64,000 bases of DNA from Candidatus Sulfobium sp. (GCA_037380845.1 JARRRI010000009.1:98783-162782); one strand, 5' to 3'. Shown: positions 21,348 through 32,810, counted from the first letter of the stretch. Notes: generated from the sequence alone by a model not told the origin. Numbers and translations: made by a program.

Positions 21348-22039
21348 CTGTCGCCTTTTTTCTGCATCATGTAAAGGGCCAGATTAATGATCATGGATAT
21401 GAAGAGCAGGACGATCCCCAGGGCAAGGGCGAGTTCGAAATTGCCCTTGTCCGTCTCCAGCGCTATGGTGGTGGTCATGACACGGGTATAACCGGCTATA
21501 TTGCCGCCGACTATGAGTATGGCTCCCACCTCGGCCATAACCCTCCCGAAGCCCGCAATGAGTGCCGACATGATGCCGTACCGGGCCTCCCTTACGACCG
21601 TGACCGTGGTCTGAAACTGCGTGGCGCCCAGGGTTCTTGCGGCCTGGCTTATGATGGGGTCCACGTTCACAATTGCCGAATGGGAGAGGGCCGCCACTAT
21701 CGGGAGGGCGAGGACCGTCTGGGCGGCGATCATTGCACCGGGAGTATAGAGAAGCCCCATGAAACCCATCGGACCGCTTCTGGAAAGGACGAGATAGAGA
21801 AACAGTCCCACCACCACAGGCGGAAGGCCCATCATTGTATTCATCACGCTGATCATTAGCCCTTTGGCCCTCATTCTCTTCAGCGCAATGACAGCTCCGA
21901 GAGGAAGCCCCAGCACCGTCGAGATGATCAGCGCCCACCCGGAGACCTTGAGTGAGAGAAGAATTATCCTCAGAAGTACCGGATCCAGGCTGAATATAAT
22001 TGAGAAGGCATGGCCGAAAGCCTGAATCAGGTAGTGCAT
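21332..22039 (-). CDS. tupB: Tungstate ABC transporter permease
   Basis: GLPPVVVGL, SRSGP, EVGA..VGGNIAGYTRVMTT. Confidence 0.92.
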   Translation of the reverse strand: MHYLIQAFGHAFSIIFSLDPVLLRIILLSLKVSGWALIISTVLGLPLGAVIALKRMRAKGLMISVMNTMMGLPPVVVGLFLYLVLSRSGPMGFMGLLYTPGAMIAAQTVLALPIVAALSHSAIVNVDPIISQAARTLGATQFQTTVTVVREARYGIMSALIAGFGRVMAEVGAILIVGGNIAGYTRVMTTTIALETDKGNFELALALGIVLLFISMIINLALYMMQKKGDRWRLS

Positions 22040-22087
22040 GGTATCAACGCTGCGGAGATTGACTCCAACTTCGGCGCGTAATATTCC

Positions 22088-22918
22088 TCACTTGGCATCG
22101 GGGAAGAAAAGCTCCTCCCCTTTTCTCTTATACGACGCAATAATCTTCTGCCCCTTTTTTGATATGAGCCAGTTCACGAACTTCATGGCCTCTTTGTATT
22201 TTACATGTTTATGCCTCGCCGGGTTCACCGCCATGACGCCGTATTGATTGAACAGCGCAGGGTCTCCCTGAAGAAGGATAGCCATATCCAGCCTGTCTTT
22301 GTCCATTGTGGCAAGCCACGTCCCCCTGTCCGTGAGCGTATAGGCCCTCTTCTCACTGGCGATCCTCTCTGTTTTTTCCATGCCCTGGCCAACTTCGAGG
22401 TACCATTTCCGGTCCTTCGGGTTTACCCCCGCCTTTTTCCATATCGCCAGCTCTTTTATGTTCGTGCCGGACCTGTCCCCGCGGGAGACGAAAGTATAAC
22501 CACCTTCTGCTATCTTTTTGAACGCAACTGCCGCCGACTTCAGGCCCTTTATGCCGGCGGGGTCTCCGGGCGGGCCGATGATAACGAAGTCATTGTACAT
22601 GACGTCGTGACGGTTCACGAAGTAGCCTTCCTTCACCGCCTTCAGCTCGAGCTGCCTGGCGTGAACGAATACCACATCGGCGTCGCCTCTCTTTCCGATC
22701 TCGATGGCCGCCCCGGTGCCGACCGCGACGACATCGACCGTTATCCCCGTCTGCTTCTTGAAGATCGGCAGGATGTAGTCAAAGAGACCTGAATTCTGTG
22801 TGCTCGTCGTCGACGCACACCGTATCCTTGTTTCTGCTGAGACGCTGATTGCAGGCGATACCGTTACGAAAGACACTGAAAGAATGGCAATGATAAGGAC
22901 CAGCGTTTTGAAGCGCAT
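22088..22918 (-). CDS. tupA: Periplasmic tungstate-binding protein
   Basis: SD GGAGG, signal peptide MRFKTLVLII, STTSTQNSGL, SRGDRSGT. Confidence 0.92.
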   Translation of the reverse strand: MRFKTLVLIIAILSVSFVTVSPAISVSAETRIRCASTTSTQNSGLFDYILPIFKKQTGITVDVVAVGTGAAIEIGKRGDADVVFVHARQLELKAVKEGYFVNRHDVMYNDFVIIGPPGDPAGIKGLKSAAVAFKKIAEGGYTFVSRGDRSGTNIKELAIWKKAGVNPKDRKWYLEVGQGMEKTERIASEKRAYTLTDRGTWLATMDKDRLDMAILLQGDPALFNQYGVMAVNPARHKHVKYKEAMKFVNWLISKKGQKIIASYKRKGEELFFPDAK

Positions 22919-22946
22919 GCTTTTTCCTCCTGGGCTTCCGGTTTTT

Positions 22947-23735
22947 TTACTTTTCGGATGAAGCAACTGACGGGACGGCATCCGGATAAAAAAGGCGGGA
23001 ACCATGCCTGACGTATTTCGCGATCACTTTCTGCCCTTCGGCCGATGTCACAAAAGCGATGAAGTCCATGGCCTCCCGGTATCTGACGCCGGGAAATTTG
23101 CCGGGGTTGACGGCTATCGCGCTGTAAGGATTCATCATCAGCGGTTCTTCGCCGTCAAGGAGGACCTTTATCTTCAGCCGTGGCTCAAAGTTGAGAAAGG
23201 TCCCGGCATCCGAGAGAGTATATGCTTTCTTCCGACTGGCGATAAGAAGGGTATCGCCCATCTTGCCGCCGGTCTCAAAATACCAGCCCTTACCCCTGGG
23301 ATTGATGCCGGCGGCCTCCCAGAGGTCCAGCTCCTTTATGTTGGTCCCGGAATCATCGCCCCGGGAAGCAAAGGGCGCCCCTGTTTCGGCGATCAGTTCA
23401 AACGCCTCCACCGCCCTTTTTGTATCGCCGACACGGGCCGGATCCTCAGCAGGCCCGAGTATGACAAAATGGTTATGCATCACCCGCCTCCTGTTGACAC
23501 CATACCCTTCGGCCACGAACTTTTCTTCTCTGAAAGGATCGTGCACGAAGAGCATATCCGCCCCTCCCTTTTTGGCTGTCCGCATGGCCTCACCGGTGCC
23601 GACGGCGATTACCTCGACTTTTACATTGTAGCAGGTCGACTTCTCATATGCGGGGAGCAGCAGATCGAAGAGTCCCGAATTCTGGGTGCTCGTAGTAGAA
23701 GCTATAACGAGCTTCACCTTCCTGGTCGTCGCCAT
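22947..23735 (-). CDS. tupA: Second TupA-family protein, no signal peptide
   Basis: STTSTQNSGL only about 12 residues from Met; SRGDDSGT. Confidence 0.85.
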   Translation of the reverse strand: MATTRKVKLVIASTTSTQNSGLFDLLLPAYEKSTCYNVKVEVIAVGTGEAMRTAKKGGADMLFVHDPFREEKFVAEGYGVNRRRVMHNHFVILGPAEDPARVGDTKRAVEAFELIAETGAPFASRGDDSGTNIKELDLWEAAGINPRGKGWYFETGGKMGDTLLIASRKKAYTLSDAGTFLNFEPRLKIKVLLDGEEPLMMNPYSAIAVNPGKFPGVRYREAMDFIAFVTSAEGQKVIAKYVRHGSRLFYPDAVPSVASSEK

Positions 23736-23740
23736 ATTTA

Positions 23741-23848
23741 AAGATAGTATCCGCGCCCCCGGAAGTCAAATTCTATTCTTTCATCACACTGATGAATTAT
23801 TTTCATCTTATGCCTCTGATTGACACGTTAACCGGCCCTTCATAGAAT
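23741..23848. promoter_or_regulatory. Divergent sigma70 promoters with palindromic operator between tupA and LysR
   Basis: Minus: TTGACT-17-TATCTT (23769-23741); plus: TTGACA-17-TAGAAT (23820-23848); inverted repeats TTCATCA-cac-TGATGAA (23780-23796) and GATGAA-ttatt-TTCATC (23791-23807). Confidence 0.75.
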
Positions 23849-23855
23849 ATTGCCT

Positions 23856-24764
23856 ATGGAAGACCACAGACTGCGGGCATTTTGCCTTGTTTTTGAGATG
23901 AGGAGCTTCTCGAAGGCAGCGGAGGCGATATTCCTCACCCAGTCCGCAGTAAGTCACCTGATCAGGAATCTGGAGGATGAACTGGGCGCCGCCCTCCTCA
24001 TCCGGAGAGGGAAAACAGTCAGCCCGACACCCGCGGGAAGACTTTTCTATGCATATGCAAAACGCATTATGGCCCAATATCAGGAGATGGAGTCCGAAAT
24101 CCGTAACCGGATCGGCAGCGTCAGGGGACCGCTCCATATTGGAGCAACTCCCACCATCGCGGCCTATCTGCTCCCGCAGGTCTTTTACGGTTTTTCGAGG
24201 CAGTATCCCGGGGTGATGATAGAACTTTCAGATATGAATTCGGAAAAGATCGTTGCGCACCTGTTGGAAGGCAGGCTGGAGATAGGTTTTCTGGACGCAG
24301 GCACCGGGCACCCTTCCCTCTCCGCGGAAGCCATAGCAGAGGACGAGATCGTCCTCATCGCTTCCGACGACAATCCGCTCGCAAAGACGGGCAGCCCCGG
24401 ACCCGGAGACCTCGCTTCACAACCCTTCATACTGCCGGAGCCGGGTTCGGCCACCAGGGAATTTATCGAAGGTCTTCTGAAGGAACTGGGCATAGCGCCC
24501 AGGAAACTGAAGATACCGATGATACTCGGCAATCCGGAGTTGACGGTAGCGATGGTCCAGTCAGGGGTCGGCATATCATTTGTCTCCCGCTGGGCTGCAA
24601 AGAAGGCCCTTCTGGACGGTTCGGTAAGATGCGTGGAAATCCCGGGCAGAAGGAGAAGGAGAAACTTCTACCTCGTCTTCGCCGGGAAGGAGCCGTCGAC
24701 GGCCCCGGCCTCCGCCTTCAGGAATTTCGTCAGGGGATTCAACTTCTTCACCCCCTATTATTAA
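23856..24764 (+). CDS. LysR-family transcriptional regulator (CysL-like)
   Basis: SFSKAAEAIFLTQSAVSHLIRNLEDELG HTH; LysR substrate domain. Confidence 0.92.
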   Translation: MEDHRLRAFCLVFEMRSFSKAAEAIFLTQSAVSHLIRNLEDELGAALLIRRGKTVSPTPAGRLFYAYAKRIMAQYQEMESEIRNRIGSVRGPLHIGATPTIAAYLLPQVFYGFSRQYPGVMIELSDMNSEKIVAHLLEGRLEIGFLDAGTGHPSLSAEAIAEDEIVLIASDDNPLAKTGSPGPGDLASQPFILPEPGSATREFIEGLLKELGIAPRKLKIPMILGNPELTVAMVQSGVGISFVSRWAAKKALLDGSVRCVEIPGRRRRRNFYLVFAGKEPSTAPASAFRNFVRGFNFFTPYY

Positions 24765-24766
24765 CC

Positions 24767-25975
24767 TCAGATCTTATCCAGTGCCTGTTTGAGGTCGGCG
24801 ATCAGGTCTTCCTCATCCTCAAGCCCCAGTGCCAGCCTCACGAGGTTGTCCACCATCCCTATATTCTGACGATACTGCTCGGGGTAATCGAAGAAAGACA
24901 TGGTCGACATCTGCGTCACGAGGCTTTCGCTGCCCCCCAGGCTCGGGGTAACCAGGAAAAGCTCAAGGGCGTCGATAAACTTCCTCGTCTCCGCGTTTCC
25001 GCCTTTGACAAGAAAGCTGATGACGCTGCCGAAGCCCTTCATCTGCTCCATTCCGGTTTTATAGTCAGGGTGCGATGACAGGGCCGGATACCATACTTTC
25101 TCGATCTTCGGGTGGGCCTCGAGCATCTCTGCTACTGCACGGCCGGCCTTATTGTGGTGCTCCATGCGCATGCCGAAGGTCTTGAGGCCCCGCTCCAACA
25201 GGAAGCAGGTGAACGGGCCGGGCGTTGCGCCGATCATGCGCTGCATCTTGTAACAGTCGGTCATAAGTGCCGTAGAGCCCAGGGCCACGCCGGCCATCAG
25301 GTCGTTATGGCCGCCCTGATACTTGGTGGAAGAGTGGATGACGATGTCCACACCCAGGGCGAGGGGCTTGATATTGTAAGGAGTTGCCAGGGTGGCGTCG
25401 ATGATCGTCATAATATTTCGCGCCCTGGCCACCTGCACGACGGCCGGGATGTTGAGCACACGCAGGTAGGGGTTTGTCGGAGATTCCGTGAAGATGATGT
25501 TCGTGTTCGGCCTGATGGCTGCCTCTATCGCCGCGGCCGAGGGGTCCACGATAGAATGTTCCACGCCGAACTTGCCGAGGAAATTCGTAGCGAAGTCCCT
25601 GGTTTGGCGGTAGCAGTCACCCGTGAAGATTATATGGCCCCCGGGCTTCATGAAGGTCATGATCGTGAGCAGCACCGCTGCCATGCCCGAGGAAAAGAGG
25701 ACCGCCTTCTCCGCACCCTCAATGGCGGCCAGCTTGCGCTCGGCCTCCTGTTGGGTAGGGTTGCCGTAGCGGGCGTACTCGTGCTCGCGGATCACCTTGC
25801 CCTGGCCCTTGGACCGCATGAATTCTTCAACCTCGTCGGCTGTGTCGAAGTAGTAGTTGGAGGTCTGGACGATAGGCGTCGAGACGGCGTGGTACGGCTT
25901 GGGGACGCGGCCCTCGCCGTGGATGGCTAGTGTGGCAGGATGCCAGTTCAGGGGACCCGACGGCTTCTTAGACAT
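24767..25975 (-). CDS. metB: Cystathionine gamma-synthase (Cys/Met PLP enzyme)
   Basis: [31 protein letters not shown]. Confidence 0.85.
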   Translation of the reverse strand: MSKKPSGPLNWHPATLAIHGEGRVPKPYHAVSTPIVQTSNYYFDTADEVEEFMRSKGQGKVIREHEYARYGNPTQQEAERKLAAIEGAEKAVLFSSGMAAVLLTIMTFMKPGGHIIFTGDCYRQTRDFATNFLGKFGVEHSIVDPSAAAIEAAIRPNTNIIFTESPTNPYLRVLNIPAVVQVARARNIMTIIDATLATPYNIKPLALGVDIVIHSSTKYQGGHNDLMAGVALGSTALMTDCYKMQRMIGATPGPFTCFLLERGLKTFGMRMEHHNKAGRAVAEMLEAHPKIEKVWYPALSSHPDYKTGMEQMKGFGSVISFLVKGGNAETRKFIDALELFLVTPSLGGSESLVTQMSTMSFFDYPEQYRQNIGMVDNLVRLALGLEDEEDLIADLKQALDKI

Positions 25976-27323
25976 TCTCCCCTCTCCTCTTTTTTAGCGC
26001 ATCGTTAAGCGCCTTTTTTACGGCATCGACTGTAGGGGGTAGCTCGATAGGCTTGTTTGCATATGCGCAGGGGAAGTCGAGCGCCTCCTCGTGATACTTG
26101 ACCTTAAAGTCTGTGAACTTCAGTCCGTGGGCGGTGGATATGACCACCACGTGCTCGGATTTATCTATCTTCCCGGCCTTAATCAGTTTTATCAGTGCAG
26201 CCAGCGCCACCCCGGTATGGGGGCAGTTGAACATGCCGGTAGTATCACCGAGTGCGGCCGCATCCGCCAGTTCCTGCTCCGTTGCCTGTTCGACAATACC
26301 CTTGAACTGCTTCAGTGTGAGGATGGCCTTCCGGATACTGACCGGGTTTCCGATCTGGATCGCGCTTGCCAGTGTCTTTTGCGCCTCCATCGGCTCGAAG
26401 GACTCGAAGTGCTTCAGATATGAGCGGTAGAGAGGATTGGCGCGCTCGGCCTGGGCCACAACAATGCGCGGCAGCTTCGAGATCAGTCCAAGGTCTCTCA
26501 TCATGAGCATGCCGCTGCCGAGCGCTGATACGTTTCCAAGATTGCCCCCCGGGATGATGATCACGTCGGGGACCGCCCAGTCAAACTGCTGAACGATTTC
26601 TATGCCGACGGTCTTTTGTCCTTCGATGCGAAGGGAATTCATGGAATTCGCCAGGTAGATCGTCTCATCCTCCGTGATCTCCTTTACGATCCGCATGCAG
26701 CCGTCGAAGTCGGTGTCCAGAGACAGCACCAGCGCCCCGTTTGCAATCGGCTGCACCAGCTGGGCAATCGATATCTTTCCCTTGGGCAGGAGCACGACCG
26801 ACTGAATGCCCGCTGCCGCGCAATAGACCGCCAGGGCGGCCGAAGTGTCGCCGGTTGAGGCGCAGGCAACGGCCTGGATCGCCGCTCCCTCGCTGATCAT
26901 CTGCTTCACCTGAGATACGAGGACGGTCATGCCAAGGTCTTTGAAGGAGCCGCTGTGGGAGTTGCCGCAGAGCTTGATCCAGAGATTGTCAAGACCGATC
27001 ATCTTCCCGAACCGCTCTGCCCAGAAGAGGTTTGTACCGCCTTCGTAAAGAGAGACGATGTTGTCGTTATTTATCTGAGGGAGTATCCATTCCTTCTTGC
27101 CCCACACCCCGGAGCCGTACGGCCACTCGGTGGATTTGTAACGGTCTTCGAAGAGCTTCATCCATGCCTTTGCATCGCGGCGGGCAAGGGCGTCCGTGTC
27201 ATGACGTACGCCGAGTAGAGAACCGCAGTTCCTGCATCGATAAATGACCGAGTTCAGCGGATAGGTGGCCCGGCATTCTTCATTGATGCATTGAAACCAG
27301 GCTTTATACAAATCAGAATCCAT
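25968..27323 (-). CDS. thrC: Threonine synthase
   Basis: [32 protein letters not shown]. Confidence 0.93.
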   Translation of the reverse strand: MDSDLYKAWFQCINEECRATYPLNSVIYRCRNCGSLLGVRHDTDALARRDAKAWMKLFEDRYKSTEWPYGSGVWGKKEWILPQINNDNIVSLYEGGTNLFWAERFGKMIGLDNLWIKLCGNSHSGSFKDLGMTVLVSQVKQMISEGAAIQAVACASTGDTSAALAVYCAAAGIQSVVLLPKGKISIAQLVQPIANGALVLSLDTDFDGCMRIVKEITEDETIYLANSMNSLRIEGQKTVGIEIVQQFDWAVPDVIIIPGGNLGNVSALGSGMLMMRDLGLISKLPRIVVAQAERANPLYRSYLKHFESFEPMEAQKTLASAIQIGNPVSIRKAILTLKQFKGIVEQATEQELADAAALGDTTGMFNCPHTGVALAALIKLIKAGKIDKSEHVVVISTAHGLKFTDFKVKYHEEALDFPCAYANKPIELPPTVDAVKKALNDALKKRRGENV

Positions 27324-27477
27324 TATCTCTCGTTATAGAAATGTCTTTTGATCGTACATGAAACACTGTTTCACGGCCGATTATCTTCATACACCAGTAA
27401 GAGAATATCATAACGAAACGTCGTGGATCAATGCAAATACATGCCCGCAACAGTCGTTTCAAAAATCCGCACCAGCT

Positions 27478-27590
27478 TGTCATTGCCGCCAAGGGGAGCG
27501 GGGTGCCTCCCGCAAAGTCTGCGCGCAAAACCGCGAAGACTTTGGGGCGTACGGACCTGCCTGCCGGCGGGCAGGCGAGCCGGCATGACA
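27478..27590. repeat. Palindromic element with TGTCAT(T)GCCG/CGGCATGACA ends and internal palindrome
   Basis: Terminal inverted repeat; CCTGCCTGCCGGCGGGCAGG at 27556-27575. Confidence 0.6.
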
Positions 27591-27648
27591 GTCAAAAGAA
27601 AAACTGAACTCCCGAAGACATGCTGCAAAGGAAAATATCTCCGGCGTC

Positions 27649-28389
27649 TTACTGCCTTTTTGCCATGGCCTTCAGGAACTTTCTGATGCGTTCGGCATTG
27701 GTGCCCATATCGTTTTTCCCTACACGCGAGACCGAGCGGATGTCCAGCCTTGTACGCTGCCCGCTCTTTTCGATCCTGATCACGATATCGTCCTCGAAAT
27801 GGAACCAGAAGGTATGAGCGACCGCCTCGATTCGGCCCTCTTTCCTGTTGGCGTCTATGATCCTCCAGTCCATGCTGCGGGCCACGGCCAATGCCTTGTC
27901 AAATACCCTGACCGGCGGGTCATCGAAAAGCAGGGGCAGTATGTCCGGATAAGCCTCGATCTGCGACTGCGCGACGACCGGACCGCCGTATTCCGAGGGG
28001 TTAGGCGCACCCTTGCGCAGCGGAAGTATCTTGACAAACTTCGGCGGGTGAACAGTATCGGTAGTTATGTCCGAGATGGAAGGGGCCGTCCTGGCCGCCC
28101 GGGACCAGCTCAGTGGAACAAGTACGACGACTGCGCCCAGACACAGGCCGAGGACGGCCCATATGATGTCGCGTTTCATCCTCTTGCCCGCCACCGTGAC
28201 CACGATGCCGATGAGCGAGACAGTCGCGGCGATCAGCCCTCCATAGGCAGACCAGAGGAGCACGCCGAAACCGGTATGGAAGTTCCAGAGTCCCCACCGG
28301 CTCCCGGCTCCTGAAAGAAGCCCTGCCAGGGCAGAGGCCAGAGCAAGGAAAAAACCGAGCCGTGCAACAAAGCTCCTCTTTCTCGTCAT
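27649..28389 (-). CDS. DUF1499 membrane protein
   Basis: ISDITTD..PP.F, GRIEA..FWFHFEDDIVIRI, DIRSVSRVG.NDMGTNAERI. Confidence 0.88.
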   Translation of the reverse strand: MTRKRSFVARLGFFLALASALAGLLSGAGSRWGLWNFHTGFGVLLWSAYGGLIAATVSLIGIVVTVAGKRMKRDIIWAVLGLCLGAVVVLVPLSWSRAARTAPSISDITTDTVHPPKFVKILPLRKGAPNPSEYGGPVVAQSQIEAYPDILPLLFDDPPVRVFDKALAVARSMDWRIIDANRKEGRIEAVAHTFWFHFEDDIVIRIEKSGQRTRLDIRSVSRVGKNDMGTNAERIRKFLKAMAKRQ

Positions 28390-28390
28390 A

Positions 28391-28699
28391 TCATACGCCT
28401 CCCATCTTCATCAGGATCATGCTGTAATCTTCATGAGTGTCCATATCGAGTACCGTTCCCTCATCGGGGACAGGAATGTATTTCACCTTTTTGCCGTGCT
28501 TTCTCATAATTTCGCGCAAGGTGAGACCTCCACGCCAACGTTGCACTTTTTATTGTTGATATCGAGAGAGATGATATCTGCCCCCTTTCGCTCGGTCAAC
28601 CAGAAGGAGATACACCTTCTTAATCAAGGGATTAACAAGCGGTCCACCGGGGGACCGGAAGGTGCCCGCCAGACTTTGCTAAGATTAAGCCGCAACCAT
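28391..28699 (-). pseudogene. Decayed MocA/MobA-like nucleotidyltransferase
   Basis: About 28530-28391 reads GLTLREIMRKHGKKVKYIPVPDEGTVLDMDTHEDY; faint frameshifted MVAA-LILA near 28699. Confidence 0.6.
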
Positions 28700-28943
28700 G
28701 TTTGAGTTCCCGGTAGTGGAGATTTTTGTCCAGCAAGTCATCAGCGAGAACCTAAAAAAAGGCTACCTCCGTACCGGCCCTCTGTCAATTTCTTTTTCGA
28801 AGGCGGCGGACCGCGGTTCTGACCTTGTAAAGTTCTACTTCCTCCCTCTTCGCTGACGGTTTCTGAACCTATTTTCTTTTTATTGAACGCCTTTTCGGTC
28901 TTCTGTTATACTTCTAAATATTGGAATCCCGGGGGAACTGCAG

Positions 28944-29687
28944 ATGCAATTCACGGAAGAAGAGCTTAAGAGATATAACAGGCAGATGCTGATCGAGGGG
29001 TGGGGCTTTGAGACCCAGAAGAAGCTCAAGAACTCGACGGTATTCATAGCCGGGGCCGGGGGGCTGGGCTCGCCGGTCTCCATATACCTCGCCGTGGCGG
29101 GCGTCGGGAAGCTGCGCATTTGCGATTTCGACTCACCCGACTGGTCGAACCTGAACCGGCAGATACTCCACAGCCCTGACAGAATAGGAATGAACAAGGC
29201 CCTCTCTGCAAAACAGACACTGGAGGAAATGAACCCCCATATAAACGTCACCGCCCTTCCGGAGGAGATCACCGCTGAGAACGTAGACCAGCTCGTGGAA
29301 AATGCCGACATAATAGTGGACTGCATGGACAACTTTCCCACCCGCTATCTGCTGAACGAGTCGGCAATAAGAAAAAATATTCCGTTCGTTCACGGCAGCA
29401 TATGGGGACTTGAGGGGCGCCTGACCTTCATCCATTCTCCGGAGACACCCTGCCTGAGATGTTACTTTCCGGAACCCCCGCCAAAGGAAGTCTTTCCCGT
29501 TCTGGGAACCACCCCGGGTGTCATCGGAACACTGCAGGCTACCGAGACCCTGAAATATTTTACGGGCATCGGCAAACTTCTTAAGCGGAAACTCCTTGTC
29601 TGGTCCGGCAACGACATGAGCTTCCGGACCTTCAAGGGTCGCAAAGACCCGAAATGTCCGGCCTGCGGCAAGAAGCCTTCCAAGTAA
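28944..29687 (+). CDS. moeB: MoeB/ThiF family adenylyltransferase
   Basis: RYNRQ, GAGGLGS, SNLNRQ, CLRC and CPAC Zn sites. Confidence 0.88.
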   Translation: MQFTEEELKRYNRQMLIEGWGFETQKKLKNSTVFIAGAGGLGSPVSIYLAVAGVGKLRICDFDSPDWSNLNRQILHSPDRIGMNKALSAKQTLEEMNPHINVTALPEEITAENVDQLVENADIIVDCMDNFPTRYLLNESAIRKNIPFVHGSIWGLEGRLTFIHSPETPCLRCYFPEPPPKEVFPVLGTTPGVIGTLQATETLKYFTGIGKLLKRKLLVWSGNDMSFRTFKGRKDPKCPACGKKPSK

Positions 29688-29705
29688 TCGGCCTTATGAT
29701 TTTAT

Positions 29706-29781
29706 TGGCGGTCCCAACGGGAATCGAACCCGTGTTTTAGCCTTGAGAGGGCCACGTCCTAGGCCTCTAGACGATGGGACC
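29706..29781 (-). tRNA. tRNA-Glu(CTC)
   Basis: GGTCCCATCGTCTAGAGG..CT-CTC-AA..GGTTCGATTCC..GCCA. Confidence 0.95.
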
Positions 29782-29874
29782 GAATTCAAAAAGTCAAGGG
29801 CTGGAGTTCTGAGTCATGCTTTCAGCAACTGTTTTCAGCTTAACACTTCGAACTCCGGCCTTTAACTGCATTTA

Positions 29875-29948
29875 TGGCTGGGGAGAGAGGATTCGAACCC
29901 CTATAAGCAGATCCAGAGTCTACCGTCCTGCCATTGGACGACTCCCCA
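29875..29948 (-). tRNA. tRNA-Gln(CTG)
   Basis: TGGGGAGTCGTCCAATGG..CT-CTG-GA..GGTTCGAATCC..GCCA. Confidence 0.95.
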
Positions 29949-30009
29949 AAAAAGCAATCCAGGAGACTTAATTTATAGCACAAAAAAGGGTCGTTTGTAA
30001 ACGTGGGGA

Positions 30010-30554
30010 CTTATTGCTCCTGCTGCTCAAAGAATGGATGTTCCGTGCCACGAGTTCTTTTCCGGTGCCGGTCTCTCCACGAATGAGTACAGTGGTTGAG
30101 GAGTTCGACGCCAGAAGGTTGATCATATGGATAAGACCCTGGGTCTGAGGACTTTTACCGACAATCGGATATTCAGGGTTCCGATAGAGTGCGGCCTCCT
30201 GTTTTATCTGCCTTATCCCGAGGCTCTTGTCGACCATGACCGCAAGTTCATCCAGATCAATCGGCTTCTGGAAGTAATACTCGGCGCCAAGTTTCATGGC
30301 CTTCACCGCCTCTTCAACCTCTCCGTACCCGGTCATCACTATAATGGATATCTCGGGATAGTCGCCCTTGACCGTCCGCAATACGTCGATCCCGTACATG
30401 TCGGGCAGCCGCAGATCGAGAATCACCAGATCCGGTATTTCCTTACGATAAAAGGCGATGCCCCCCGCGCCTGTCGAAACAGTCGCAACGTCAAAGTTTT
30501 TGCCTTCAAAAAAACCTTGAGACTGAGAGCTATGGTTTCGTCGTCTTCTATGAC
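30010..30554 (-). pseudogene. Fragment of NtrC-family sigma54 response regulator (receiver + start of AAA+)
   Basis: VIEDDETIALSLKVF, shift in T run, DLVILDLRLPD, QKP, GETGTGKELVAR; ends before GAFTGA. Confidence 0.8.
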
Positions 30555-30999
30555 CGAAGAGCAGTTTGACCTGGTCGAGCAGATCATCAATATCCTTGAA
30601 CTGATGATAGACGGAAGCGAATCTTACGTAGGCTACTTTGTCAAGGTCCCTCAGCTCCGTCATGATCCTTTCGCCTATCCAGGCACTCTGGACCTCCCTG
30701 ACACCAAGTCCCGCAAGCTGCTTTTCAATGATATCGACTATCCCGTCGAGTTTTGCCGTCTCGATAGGTCTTTTCTTGCACGCTATGAGGAGTCCTTTCT
30801 TTATCTTGCCGGTATCGAAGGGCTCCCTCCTGCCGTCTTTCTTCACTACCATGGGCACCACGTCCTCCACTCTTTCGTAGGACGTGAAGCGTCTGCCGCA
30901 TTGAAGGCATTCCCGTCTCCGCCGGATAGCGCTGCCCTCCCTGCTCGTCCTGGAATCTATTACCCTGTCTTCGAGGTTCTCACAGAAGGGACATTTCAT
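30555..30999 (-). CDS. nrdR: Transcriptional repressor NrdR (stop lost, runs into the regulator fragment)
   Basis: MKCPFC..DSR..IRRRRECLQCGRRFTSYE, ATP cone, VAYVRFASVY. Confidence 0.93.
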
Positions 31000-31120
31000 A
31001 AGGAAGTATCAGTGTTTATTACCGGTGAGGACACTATGGGAAACGGTGCCGGAGCCGGCGGCGGTTGCCATATAAATTCATATGCCGCATGCCGAAAAAA
31101 ATCGACACTGAACACCGGCC

Positions 31121-32362
31121 CTATTCCCTGTATACCGGAAACCGGTCACAGAGTTGTCCAACCTTCCGGGCAACAGCGTCCACAGATTCCGGTTCCTTGC
31201 TGTTGTTTATCACTGCCGAGATCAAGCCGGCGATCTCCCGCATCTCCCCGGTCCCCATCCCCCGGGTCGTAACACTGGGAGTTCCGAGACGGATCCCGCT
31301 CGTAATAGCAGGCGGCCTCCCATCATATGGTATCGCATTTTTGTTCACTGTAATTCCGGCCATGTCGAGAGCAATTTCCGCGTCCTTTCCGGTAATCCCC
31401 TTATTAGACAGGTCGAGAAGCATAAGGTGGTTATCCGTTCCGCCCGAAACAACAGCGAAACCACGGTTGGCGAGCTCTTCGGCAAGAGAATTCGCATTAT
31501 CGATAACCCGCTTCTGGTATCTTTTGAAATCTTCGCCCATGGCCTCTTTCAGGGCTACAGCCTTGGCAGCTATAGTGTGAACCAGCGGGCCTCCCTGGAT
31601 GCCCGGAAAAATCATCTTGTCCACTGCCCGGGCATACTCGGCCCTGCACATGATCATTCCCCCGCGGGGACCCCTCAGGGTCTTGTGAGTCGTCGTGGTA
31701 ACGAAGTCTGCGTAGGGGACAGGGGACGGATGAAGTCCCGAGGCGACGAGACCGGCAATGTGGGCGATATCGGCGAGAAAATATGCTCCGACCTCCCGTG
31801 CGATATCGGAAAAGACCTTGAAATCGATTATCCTTGAGTAGGCGCTTGCACCCACTACGATCATCCGGGGCCTCAGTTCGACCGCAGTCCTTCTCACTTC
31901 TTCGTAATCGATGTACCCTTCCTTATTGACCCCGTAGGAGAGGTTCGTGTACAGCATACCGGAAAAATTCACCGAGGCCCCGTGGGAGAGATGCCCGCCG
32001 TGGCTGAGCTTCATCCCCAGGATCTTGTCGCCGGGTTTCAATACCGCAAAGTAGGCCGCCATATTGGCCTGCGTCCCCGAGTGGGGCTGCACGTTGACGT
32101 GGTCGGCTCCGAATATCTTTCTGGCCCTGTCTATAGCCAGGTTCTCAACGATATCGGCATATTCACAGCCGCCGTAATACCGCCTGCCAGGGTAGCCCTC
32201 CGCGTACTTGTTTGTAAAGATGGACCCCTGGGCTTCAAGAACGGCCCGGCTCACGTAATTCTCAGAAGCAATGAGAACGATCTTGTTGTGTTCCCTGCTT
32301 TTTTCCTTCCGGATGGCCTCGTAGACCTCGGGGTCGACTACCTTGAGATTTTCACTCTCCAT
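31121..32362 (-). CDS. glyA: Serine hydroxymethyltransferase
   Basis: [28 protein letters not shown]. Confidence 0.98.
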   Translation of the reverse strand: MESENLKVVDPEVYEAIRKEKSREHNKIVLIASENYVSRAVLEAQGSIFTNKYAEGYPGRRYYGGCEYADIVENLAIDRARKIFGADHVNVQPHSGTQANMAAYFAVLKPGDKILGMKLSHGGHLSHGASVNFSGMLYTNLSYGVNKEGYIDYEEVRRTAVELRPRMIVVGASAYSRIIDFKVFSDIAREVGAYFLADIAHIAGLVASGLHPSPVPYADFVTTTTHKTLRGPRGGMIMCRAEYARAVDKMIFPGIQGGPLVHTIAAKAVALKEAMGEDFKRYQKRVIDNANSLAEELANRGFAVVSGGTDNHLMLLDLSNKGITGKDAEIALDMAGITVNKNAIPYDGRPPAITSGIRLGTPSVTTRGMGTGEMREIAGLISAVINNSKEPESVDAVARKVGQLCDRFPVYRE

Positions 32363-32810
32363 GTCCGCTCAGCTTTTCCTCTATATCCTTAATCTTGACA
32401 AGTCGCCTGATATGCCTCAGGCCCTCGAAAGGCGTGTCAAGCCATACCTTGACTATTTCCGCCGCCAGGTCCTTCCCTATTACCCTTCCGCCCATCACGA
32501 GGATGTTGGCATCATTGTGCAGGCGGCTCATTCTTGCCGCGAAAAGGTCATTGCAGAGGGCAGCTCTCACGTTGGGAAACTTGTTAGCGACCATGGACAT
32601 GCCTATCCCGGTACCACAAATGAGTATCCCTTTTTCTATTTCACCTGAAGATACCATTTGCGACACTTTGAACCCGAAATCGGGGTAATCTACGGACTCC
32701 GTTCCGTTGGTGCCGCAGTCGACATATTCCTGGCGGAGCTCCCTGAGCAGACCCAGAATCTCTCCCTTAAGTCCAAATCCGGCGTGATCACAGCCAATCG
32801 CGATTCTCAC
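32352..32810 (-). CDS. rpiB: Ribose-5-phosphate isomerase B
   Basis: DHAG, CGTGIG, HNDAN. Confidence 0.96.
   Translation of the reverse strand: MRIAIGCDHAGFGLKGEILGLLRELRQEYVDCGTNGTESVDYPDFGFKVSQMVSSGEIEKGILICGTGIGMSMVANKFPNVRAALCNDLFAARMSRLHNDANILVMGGRVIGKDLAAEIVKVWLDTPFEGLRHIRRLVKIKDIEEKLSGHGE

Noticed and set aside
28600..28790. Riboswitch, 6S or SRP RNA
   Set aside because: No diagnostic motif recognised; better explained as decayed coding sequence
29706..29948. tRNA-anchored integrative element
   Set aside because: No integrase and no duplicated tRNA 3' end in the window
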